Part shown: one piece after another, positions 56,712-64,000 of the stretch
How the letters are laid out: every line of letters begins with the position of its first letter
Numbering within the stretch: position 1 is the stretch's first letter
Assembly (NCBI GenBank): GCA_036769985.1
Contig: DAIPKA010000019.1
Span: 24,843 to 88,842, forward strand
Source of the DNA: Candidatus Hydrogenedentota bacterium
GTDB lineage: Bacteria > Hydrogenedentota > Hydrogenedentia > Hydrogenedentales > SLHB01
Direction of reading: 5' to 3'
DNA: 64,000 bases
Position numbers and translations under genes: made by a program
Notes under the pieces: generated by a model
What the model saw: the letters and a program-made list of their open reading frames with translations, nothing else
The model's database searches: none
Told to the model about the DNA's origin: nothing

Positions 56712-57719
56712 TCACTCCGTGACCAAATGGATTCGCTCGGGAGGAAACACCACGCGCACGATTTCACCCGGTGCGTGAACGCGATCATCAACCAGGGCAA
56801 GCTGGACATCGCCGAGCGTCGCCCGGGTCAGCACCGCGTAGGGTCTGCGCTCGCTCGAGATTACCCGGCAGGCGTGGCCGGTGTCGCCCGTAACGACGTG
56901 CTCGGGCCGGATCACTGCGTGGTAGGCACCTGCGGGCGCGGCGGTTGCGGCAATCCCGATGCCGCCCAAGCGTATCATGCCCTGCGAGACCTCGACGGGC
57001 CAACTGTTCCTGCAGTGAGTGAACTCCGCCACGAACCGGTTGACGGGACGGTCCAGGACTTCGTCCGGCGGTCCCACCTGAACCAGGCGCCCCACCTCCA
57101 TCAGGGCGAGCCGGTCGCCCACGGTGAGCGCCTCGTCCAGGTTGTGGCAAACGTGCACCGTAGTCAGTTGGAACTCGCGCTGGAGACGCTTGAGTTCAAG
57201 ACAGACCTGGTCGCGCATGGACTCGGGCAAGGCCGACACAGGCTCGTCCAGCAACAGCACATCCGGATTGGCCATGAGGGCACGGCCCAGCGCGACGCGC
57301 TGCTGCTCGCCGCCGGACAGGGTCTGCGCGGGCTGGCGCAAGAGCGGCTCCAACCGGAGCATCCGGATCACCGAAGCAAGACGCTCGCTCGCATCGAAAC
57401 GTGAGGATTGGCGTAGCCGAGCCGCGAACCGCAGGTTCCATTCCGTTGTACGCGATCCGAACAACTGGTAGTCCTGCGGGACGTAGCCGATGTGACGCTC
57501 CGCGGGATCGGCATGGGTGACGTCTCGGCCGCCGATGTATACGCGGCCGCTCTGGGGTTTTCGCAGTCCACACAGCAGTTCGAGCAGGGTCGTCTTCCCG
57601 CATCCCGAGGGCCCGAGCAGGACGAGGTACTCGCCCTCGATCACGTCAAGCGTGACGGGCAAGAGCCGAAACGCGCCGACGGCCCCGGCCAATGCTTCTA
57701 TGCGGACGGGCGTACTCAT
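56712..57719 (-). CDS. ABC transporter ATP-binding protein with C-terminal TOBE-like domain (ModC/WtpC-like)
   Basis: ORF 56712..57812 trimmed to ATG 57719. It has Walker A GPSGCGKTT, the signature LSGGEQQRVALGRAL and Walker B LLLDEP. The C-terminal ~100 aa beta-rich tail looks TOBE-like. Confidence 0.82.
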   Translation of the reverse strand: MSTPVRIEALAGAVGAFRLLPVTLDVIEGEYLVLLGPSGCGKTTLLELLCGLRKPQSGRVYIGGRDVTHADPAERHIGYVPQDYQLFGSRTTEWNLRFAARLRQSSRFDASERLASVIRMLRLEPLLRQPAQTLSGGEQQRVALGRALMANPDVLLLDEPVSALPESMRDQVCLELKRLQREFQLTTVHVCHNLDEALTVGDRLALMEVGRLVQVGPPDEVLDRPVNRFVAEFTHCRNSWPVEVSQGMIRLGGIGIAATAAPAGAYHAVIRPEHVVTGDTGHACRVISSERRPYAVLTRATLGDVQLALVDDRVHAPGEIVRVVFPPERIHLVTE

Positions 57720-57723
57720 GGGC

Positions 57724-58521
57724 TCACCACAAGGGCCGCTTGCCGCGGCCCCGGACAATCGCGAGCGCCGTGCCCGCGATCGCCACCATCCAGAGGGACA
57801 CCACGAGGGCACGGTCGAGATTGCCCACCGAGAACTCCAGGAAGACCGACGAACTCAGGATCTCGGTGCGCATCCGCGTGATCCCGGAAAACAGTGCGAT
57901 CGGGCCGAAAGCGCCGAAGGCGATCGTCCAGGCCAACACAAGTGCCTCGACAAGCCCGCTACGCGCCTCGGCGAGTTCCACGCGGACGAAGGCCTGCCAC
58001 CGCGTGGCCCCCAGAGTGCGTGCTACGCCCGGCAGTTTCGGAGAGACATTGTCGAAGGCGAGTTTGCAGATGCGGGTTGCGAAAGCAACGCCCATAATGG
58101 TCTGCGCGAGAACGATTCCGGGAACCGAGAACGTGAACTCACAGAGATGGCGTTGGATGAACCTTCCAGGCCCTGTCTGAAAGAAGATCAGAAGGGCGAC
58201 GCCCATGACCAGCGGCGGCAACGCGATCGGCAGATAGAACAGCAAATCGAGCACCCGCCAGCCCGGCACCCGGTACCGGCTCAACAGATAGCCCGAAGGG
58301 ATCGCGAGAAACAACGCGATCAATGCCGACAGGATCGAGGTCACGAGGCTGAGCATGAGCGCGTGACGCAACGCCGGTTCCGACCAGAGCAACCAGGGAC
58401 TCACATCGCGCGGATACACGAAGCAGCATGCGATCAACACCGCGATGGAAACTGGATAGAGCACAGCCACGAGGGCCATGCTCACGGTGAACGCGCGGTT
58501 GCGCACGTCAAGCCGCATCAT
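57724..58521 (-). CDS. ABC transporter permease (ModB/CysTW-type)
   Basis: 265 aa with about 5-6 TM segments and an EAA-like loop (LPGVARTLGATRWQAFVRVELAEARSGL). Overlaps the SBP stop by 4 nt. Confidence 0.8.
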   Translation of the reverse strand: MMRLDVRNRAFTVSMALVAVLYPVSIAVLIACCFVYPRDVSPWLLWSEPALRHALMLSLVTSILSALIALFLAIPSGYLLSRYRVPGWRVLDLLFYLPIALPPLVMGVALLIFFQTGPGRFIQRHLCEFTFSVPGIVLAQTIMGVAFATRICKLAFDNVSPKLPGVARTLGATRWQAFVRVELAEARSGLVEALVLAWTIAFGAFGPIALFSGITRMRTEILSSSVFLEFSVGNLDRALVVSLWMVAIAGTALAIVRGRGKRPLW

Positions 58522-59981
58522 TGACCTCGCGGCGTCGAGGCGGAAACGATGCCGTACTTCTCAAAAACGGCGGCCGCCTCAGGGGCAATCGTCATGTCGA
58601 TGAAGGCGCGAGCGCATGCGGGGTTCTTGGACACGGCGAGGATGCCGATGGGCACACCGACGCTGGATTCCGCGTCGCCCTTGGCCACAACATCCAGCCG
58701 ATCCCCGAACTGCCACGCCGTGGCATCCCAGATGATGGCGGCATCCAAATGCCCCGAGGCGCATTGCACCGCAAGCTGATCGACGGTGCTGCCCGAGACA
58801 ATGACGTTCTTCTCGACATGCGCCCGAATCCCCAGCCGGTCCAAGTAGGCGCGGCACGCATGTCCGACGGCCGTGATCTTCTCGTCGCCCATCCCCACGC
58901 GTACGCCAGCCTTGGCAAGGTCCTGGAAACCGGTCAGCCCTGCGGGATTGCCCTTGGGCACGGCGAGCACGGGCGTGAATACGGCCATCTGCTCCGCCTC
59001 CGTTACGAGGCCCTTGTCCTGCGCCGTCTTCATGAAGAAGTCGTCGCCCGCGATGTAGAGATCGCCCACCTTGGCCAACTCGATCTGGGCCAACAGGGCA
59101 CCGGAGCCCTGATACATCATCTCGAACTCGGCGCCGGGACACTGCGCCTGAAAACGTTGGGCCAATTCGTCGATAGGCTTTTTGACCCCGCCCGCGCAGT
59201 ATACCAGCAGCTTCCCGGGCGTCACGGCCGCCAACGCCGTGCCGTAGCCCATAGCCCCGAACACGGCTCGGGACTCCGTACGCTCGATATAGTCGAGAAA
59301 CGCCACCGCGCCGTCCGGATTGGTGGGTTTCGCGAGTGCCGCAGCAAACACGGAAGCGCTCGGGAAGTCCATCTCCATCGGAATCTCGTCGAGGGCATCC
59401 TTGTGCATCGCCGCCACGAAGTTCCAGACAATGACGGCGTCCACGTTGCCGGTCAGGAGCGCGGTGGCGAGTTCCTGATGGGCGCGACTCGTGTAGACGG
59501 TTCGCGCTTGGATCGCGGCCAACAGACCGGCGTCGCCCGCGCCCTTCTCGAACATCTCGCCACAGGTCGAGTACCGCGCGTCGGGCATTCCCACCCGAAG
59601 GCCTTCGCGGCCCAGATCGGCAACCCCACGGATCGCCTTGGGATTGCCCTTGGCAACGACCAAGGTCGGCCGGAGCGCCCCGAGGATAACCAGCCGAGGT
59701 TGGCGCAAGCCCTTCTCGGCCAGCTTCTCTGCGAAGGGCGCATGGCCAACGAACACATCCGCGGGAAAACCGAGCTCCATCTGGGGAAACAGCGTCTCGC
59801 ACCCGCCCAGGGTTAACTCAACGCCAAGACCGGTATCCCGCTCGAACGCATCCGCGACCTTCTTGACCGGCTCGGCCATGGAGGCCCCGCACAGGACGCG
59901 CACCTTCGTCGCGTCGCCCAATGCGGCACCGGCCAACACAACGGCGAACGCCAACATCACGAGAGTCTTCTTCATGGACAA
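58518..59981 (-). CDS. fused tandem molybdate/tungstate-type (ModA-like) periplasmic binding protein
   Basis: 487 aa with a signal peptide and two consecutive ModA-like modules. Module 1 runs KVRVLCGASMAEPVKKVADAFERDTG ... FLDYIERTESRAVFGAMGYG. Module 2 runs KLLVYCAGGVKKPIDELAQRFQAQ ... FIDMTIAPEAAAVFEKYGIV. Confidence 0.7.
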   Translation of the reverse strand: MSMKKTLVMLAFAVVLAGAALGDATKVRVLCGASMAEPVKKVADAFERDTGLGVELTLGGCETLFPQMELGFPADVFVGHAPFAEKLAEKGLRQPRLVILGALRPTLVVAKGNPKAIRGVADLGREGLRVGMPDARYSTCGEMFEKGAGDAGLLAAIQARTVYTSRAHQELATALLTGNVDAVIVWNFVAAMHKDALDEIPMEMDFPSASVFAAALAKPTNPDGAVAFLDYIERTESRAVFGAMGYGTALAAVTPGKLLVYCAGGVKKPIDELAQRFQAQCPGAEFEMMYQGSGALLAQIELAKVGDLYIAGDDFFMKTAQDKGLVTEAEQMAVFTPVLAVPKGNPAGLTGFQDLAKAGVRVGMGDEKITAVGHACRAYLDRLGIRAHVEKNVIVSGSTVDQLAVQCASGHLDAAIIWDATAWQFGDRLDVVAKGDAESSVGVPIGILAVSKNPACARAFIDMTIAPEAAAVFEKYGIVSASTPRGQ

Positions 59982-60188
59982 ACCCTCACGCGTAACAGGC
60001 CAAGATCCGCCAAGAAAGACACCCTAGCAAACCAGGGTGGCGCGTTCAACACGCCCTCAACGCCATGTGTCTCGCACGTGGCATACGAATACGGGATTGG
60101 GTTGACCTCGCCAAGATACGATTGCTACACTCGCGAGGGTGCCGGCGAATGTGGTGGCAGAGGAGTCGCCCGAGAAAGGGAATGCCCC

Positions 60189-60782
60189 ATGGTGAACGCG
60201 CGGATGCATCTGGCGTTGCCGATAGTCCTGTTCGGCTCTTTGGTGGCGTTGCTGCCGATCCCATCCTTCTCCGAACCGGAGTACCCGCCGCGCCAGGAGT
60301 CCCTCACCATTCTCGACGTCGACGGCTCGTTGGTGAGACTGTCCATGGACGAGATCCGCGCGCTTCCGGCCGCGCGGGAGAAGGAATGCGTTCTGGTTGG
60401 CCGCCACGAGGGCCTTCTGGGAAAAGCGGACTATGAGGGGCCGGCGATTGCCGACGTACTCGAGAAGGCGCCGGCGGCCCAGGCGCTGGAGCAATACGTC
60501 CGGAACAACAGCTATGTCGTGTTCAAGGGAATCGATGGGTTCCAGGCGACGGCCTCGTGGGAAGAGCTCACAGAGTCCCTCGATGGCCACCATGCCATGA
60601 TCGTGCTGAAAAAGAACGGCGAGCCGTTGCCGGACGCCGAAGGCAGCATGCGAACCTACTTCCCCGGCGACCCGTACCTCTGCCGAAGCGTGATGTATCT
60701 GGACACCATCGAGATCCACGTAGTCCCGGGAGTCACGAAACGCCCCAAACGCATCGGCGAAGCCGAGGAGGAACAGAAGTAG
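60189..60782 (+). CDS. small secreted molybdopterin-oxidoreductase-like (Oxidored_molyb-type) domain protein
   Basis: ORF 60078..60782 trimmed to ATG 60189, giving the signal MVNARMHLALPIVLFGSLVALLPIPSFS. The family-like pattern runs VVFKGIDGFQATASWEEL...MIVLKKNGEPLPDAEGSMRTYFPGD...VMYLDTIEIHV. Confidence 0.55.
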   Translation: MVNARMHLALPIVLFGSLVALLPIPSFSEPEYPPRQESLTILDVDGSLVRLSMDEIRALPAAREKECVLVGRHEGLLGKADYEGPAIADVLEKAPAAQALEQYVRNNSYVVFKGIDGFQATASWEELTESLDGHHAMIVLKKNGEPLPDAEGSMRTYFPGDPYLCRSVMYLDTIEIHVVPGVTKRPKRIGEAEEEQK

Positions 60783-60905
60783 TCCGGCAAGAAGGGCCTG
60801 CTGTTCCGAACGCCCCGCGTCTACGATCCTGCTTGGCTTTGCCCGGTGCCGCCTGACGCCGGCGCAGTTTCGGCCCCCATTAGGCCTTGTCTGCGAAAGG
60901 AGCAC

Positions 60906-61391
60906 ATGATGGAACCGGTTGTCTACATTTGGGGTGAACGGTTGGCCCAGGTCAACGTCATCGTTCACCTGTTGACGGGTCTGGTGTTGATCGGGGCGGT
61001 GACCCATCACCTCTGGCTTGTCGTCCGAGGAAGGGGTATCACCCATGCCAAAGCCATACGCCGGTTCTCTTTCTGGGCTGCGGTGAGCTATCTCACATGC
61101 TTCGCCTGGGGCTGCTTCATCTACCCGGCCTACCGCTACTACGTTCGGTTTCTCGTTCAAGACGAGCGGGCGCCTTGGGCTACCGGCCTCTTCGAGATCA
61201 AGGAGCACTGGTTGGCGCTCGGACTGGCCCTACTGCCCTTTTATCTCGTGACCTCGCGGTCCGTCAAAGACCTGGACAAGCGGGAGCGGTGGTTCCACTA
61301 CGCGGCCGTGGTCGCGATGGCCGTGGTCGTCTGGTACTCCTTCGTGTTGGGCGCGGTGGTAGTAGACCTGAGAGGAGAGCTGTACCGATGA
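60906..61391 (+). CDS. small His-rich integral membrane protein (4 TM)
   Basis: ORF 60846..61391 trimmed to ATG 60906. Four hydrophobic helices contain His residues (VIVHLLTG, AVTHHLWL, EIKEHWLAL, WFHYAAV). No family recognised. Confidence 0.55.
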   Translation: MMEPVVYIWGERLAQVNVIVHLLTGLVLIGAVTHHLWLVVRGRGITHAKAIRRFSFWAAVSYLTCFAWGCFIYPAYRYYVRFLVQDERAPWATGLFEIKEHWLALGLALLPFYLVTSRSVKDLDKRERWFHYAAVVAMAVVVWYSFVLGAVVVDLRGELYR

Positions 61392-61720
61392 AACACCGCT
61401 GGGCATCCGTCTTTTGGCTGGGCTTCTTCTCCTTGGGCTACCTCGTGACCTTCGTGCATGGCTTCCCCGGCATCCGATACTACCCCGCCTCTCACGCATG
61501 GGGCCTCGGAGGCGCCTATGCGGGCCCGAGCATGGGCTGGTACGGCCGCGTAGCCGTCGGGTGCGTGGCGGGACTCGTTGGTTGGATCATCGGCGCCATC
61601 CTGGACAAGACACGAGGAACCGAATCCCGGCCGCCCTGGGCAGTACACGTCACGGCCTGGATCCTTCTCCTGGCCGCCGCGGCTTACGCGACCCATCATG
61701 AATGGGTTAAGTGGATGTAG
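61388..61720 (+). CDS. small integral membrane protein (3 TM)
   Basis: ORF 61097..61720 trimmed to ATG 61388, an ATGA overlap with the upstream stop. It starts MKHRWASVFWLGFFSLGYLVTFVHGF. No family recognised. Confidence 0.5.
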   Translation: MKHRWASVFWLGFFSLGYLVTFVHGFPGIRYYPASHAWGLGGAYAGPSMGWYGRVAVGCVAGLVGWIIGAILDKTRGTESRPPWAVHVTAWILLLAAAAYATHHEWVKWM

Positions 61721-61974
61721 TCCGGAACCCGCGTCTGGGCCGTCTGGGTCACGCGAAGGACTCCCCAGAGAATCGCATCATCCCCTATTCCTCCCATCCT
61801 CCCGCTGCCGCGTCCCAGGCAACGCGGGATCGCGCACGCGCCAACGAGTATCGCAGCGCCGAGTGCCACACGTCACGCATCGCCCGCCCGGCCATGGTAT
61901 AATGACATGGGTGGAAGTCGTTCCCGCCGAACGTAGGCAAGCACAACCAATTGCTGCATAGGGAGGGTCGGGCG

Positions 61975-64000
61975 GTGAAAGGCATTTCCGGTTTCCTATC
62001 CGTGGTTGTCCTCTTCGTCTTTCTCGTTGGCCAAGTCGACGCGGGGGCCACAGGACCGGAGAGAAGGGCTCCGGTTTACTTCAACATCATCCACCATGAG
62101 GAAGCCGTGGGCAACCCGTGCGACGGTCTTGCCGGCTTTCCGCTGTGGCAATCGTTCAAGAACAACCTGTATGACGAGTTGGCGTTGCTGGACTCCCGGG
62201 GCATTGTCTCGGACCAGTACTTCAGTGATTTCATCGTGTCCGTCGCCCAGTACCTCGAACTGAGCGGGCAGGACCCGACGGCAACCGAGATCTTCGATTG
62301 GTTCACAAATAGCGATCAGAACCTCGGCTATCACTTCCATCCCACGACCTGGGATGTCCCCATCCGGACAGACAGGATAGCAGGCAACGCGTCCTTCGAC
62401 GGCTCAGTCTCCGACTACGCCTACTGGGAAGCCGCCTACTACGACTGGGAACCGTGCCTGTTGTCCGGATACGGCCACCTCTGCATGACGTGCGGCGATC
62501 TCGACCCGCTCCGCGCGGGCGGACTGCAGTTCATGGAAGCGTTCTTCGGAACCGAAACCAAGAAGACGGTGGCGGAGTGCGGCCTGATGCGCTACGCCGC
62601 CGTCGGTCAGATGTTCCGGAACACCTACATTCTCCCGCGAGGTCGGCATATCGTCTGTTCGCAGGGCGCGCCCCATTCCTTTTCCGGCAGCGACGACGGG
62701 CTCCGGAAGATGTGGACCAGCGACCTCACGCTGGCATCCTCGGAGTTGTTTCTCTACGTGTACAAAATGATGGGACTCTACTTCGTGAAACACATATCGA
62801 GTGCCTCGATCGAAGGCCGGTACAGTCCCGTGTCGTTTCTCGATCAGAAGCTGGATCTACTACCCCGGAACACCCCACATTTCTTCGTCATCCATTTGGT
62901 GAATAACACGTCGCCCGGCGATCCGCTCATACCCTTGTTGGACTACCTTCAAACCGAATTCATCCCGGCCAACGTCGGGAGTCGATTCATCTCCCTGGGC
63001 GAGATCCCCAGCTTGGTCGAGGAAAACCCGCGGAGTTTCACTATGCCGGAACTCGAGGAGGCCGCCACATATTTCCTCCAGAATTACATGGGCCGCCCCC
63101 CGGCGTTCATCAGGTATGGCGAGGATTTCATGTCCAATGCCTCGCTCTTCAAGGCGCTGCAATTCGCCCTCTACGCCTACCTCTCCAATCCCAGCGGCGA
63201 CGAACAGAAATCGGGCATATGGCCTGAGCATGTGGATGTGGCCGACTTCATTAGGCCACCGATGGGAAACCCCTCGGACGGCGTCTCACGAGACTTGCGC
63301 GTTCCCGACGCAATGACCATGGCCACCTTCGCCACGGCCGTCACAGGCCTCCTCCTGGACGACTCCATCCCTTATCATGTGACCATTCATCTTCCCTTGC
63401 CGGCCGCGCCGCTCACCGTGAATCCCGCGGAGTTCCTCAACGGGATGTGCGCCATGTTCATCCGCCTGCGCAACGCTGCCGCGCCAATGCAGGAAACACT
63501 TCAACTGCCCATGCACCTCACGCCCGGGTACATCGTGCCTGCGTCGAATATCGAGCGGGAAGCGGGCAGGGATCCTGATGCCAGTTTCACCGCGCTCACT
63601 CCCCTGGAATGGTTCACCGATCTGCAGTCATGGACGCTCGAGCCCCTGCGCTTCAAGTACGACGCTCCGGTGGATAGCGATGGAGACGGCTACTTTGACG
63701 ATGAGGACGCGTTCCCGGATAATCCCGACGAGTGGGAAGACGTGGACGAGGATAGCCTTGGCGACAATTTCGAGCTGTTCATCATCGATTTCGATCCACT
63801 CGACGAGTTCACTGCCCTTGACGATGTAAAACCCGGAGATGACTTCGACCGAGACGGCAGGACCAATCTGGAGGAGTTCCTAGACGATTCCGACCCAACC
63901 GAGGCGCCCAATGATCTACCGGTCACCACCGTGGCAGGCCTCACCGCGCTTATTCTCTCGATAGGCCTTCTTTCCGTTCACTTCCGCAGAAGGTCCCGTG
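61975..64000 (+). CDS. large secreted protein (partial; runs off the right edge) with acidic Ca-binding-type repeats and a C-terminal motif-TM-Arg sorting-signal-like tail
   Basis: Absent from the ORF track because it has no stop in the window. GTG 61975 is preceded by GGGAGGG. My hand translation is open for 675 codons to position 64000. The signal peptide is VKGISGFLSVVVLFVFLVGQVDA. Late features are DSDGDGYFDDEDAFPDNPDEWEDVDED and the tail ...APNDLPVTTVAGLTALILSIGLLSVHFRRRSR. Confidence 0.7.
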   Translation, partial: MKGISGFLSVVVLFVFLVGQVDAGATGPERRAPVYFNIIHHEEAVGNPCDGLAGFPLWQSFKNNLYDELALLDSRGIVSDQYFSDFIVSVAQYLELSGQDPTATEIFDWFTNSDQNLGYHFHPTTWDVPIRTDRIAGNASFDGSVSDYAYWEAAYYDWEPCLLSGYGHLCMTCGDLDPLRAGGLQFMEAFFGTETKKTVAECGLMRYAAVGQMFRNTYILPRGRHIVCSQGAPHSFSGSDDGLRKMWTSDLTLASSELFLYVYKMMGLYFVKHISSASIEGRYSPVSFLDQKLDLLPRNTPHFFVIHLVNNTSPGDPLIPLLDYLQTEFIPANVGSRFISLGEIPSLVEENPRSFTMPELEEAATYFLQNYMGRPPAFIRYGEDFMSNASLFKALQFALYAYLSNPSGDEQKSGIWPEHVDVADFIRPPMGNPSDGVSRDLRVPDAMTMATFATAVTGLLLDDSIPYHVTIHLPLPAAPLTVNPAEFLNGMCAMFIRLRNAAAPMQETLQLPMHLTPGYIVPASNIEREAGRDPDASFTALTPLEWFTDLQSWTLEPLRFKYDAPVDSDGDGYFDDEDAFPDNPDEWEDVDEDSLGDNFELFIIDFDPLDEFTALDDVKPGDDFDRDGRTNLEEFLDDSDPTEAPNDLPVTTVAGLTALILSIGLLSVHFRRRSR

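Noticed and set aside
59982-60188. Possible molybdenum-cofactor riboswitch or ModE operator in the divergent spacer upstream of the ModA-like operon. The spacer includes the imperfect palindrome ggcgcgttcaacacgcc.
   Set aside because: I cannot match the Moco RNA consensus from memory. The palindrome matches at only 14 of 17 positions and does not resemble the E. coli ModE box. An Infernal/Rfam RF01055 scan is needed before any claim.

Overview
High-GC bacterial chromosomal segment, gene-dense on both strands, with many spurious antisense shadow ORFs. A DUF1559 prepilin-type protein, large secreted adhesin-like proteins and polysaccharide genes suggest a PVC-type or candidate-phylum lineage; that guess rests on gene content only.

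Recognisable content, left to right:
- Polysaccharide genes: a heparinase II/III-like lyase, an alginate-export-like outer-membrane barrel and xylA.
- A [FeFe]-hydrogenase locus: orphan receiver, hydC/nuoE-like, hydB/nuoF-like, hydA, GAF histidine kinase and hydG.
- A roughly 1030-aa secreted protein with a (Gly-Glu)30 linker and three tandem Ig-like repeats.
- aroF-type DAHP synthase, scpB, rluB-type pseudouridine synthase and a MATE exporter.
- tRNA-Val(CAC).
- A two-gene SIR2-like / tandem KaiC-like ATPase cassette.
- Two multi-PAS hybrid kinases, a VIT-vWA protein and an RlpA-like protein.
- A tightly packed XPB-AddB-AddA helicase-nuclease operon.
- Membrane protein, peptidase, oxidoreductase, glgX and an orphan MBOAT.
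- A DUF433/DUF5615 toxin-antitoxin pair.
- A sugar ABC operon.
- A molybdate/tungstate-type ABC operon with a fused double binding protein, divergent from a small Mo-pterin-domain operon.
- A long secreted-protein ORF running off the right edge, which the ORF track does not list.

The best candidate for an undescribed system is the SIR2-like plus double KaiC/RecA-like ATPase pair (22926-25760) beside the tRNA gene. It is a putative NAD+-depleting defence module whose ATPase partner is not one I know from described SIR2 systems.

All family calls come from motif recognition by eye. No database search was run.
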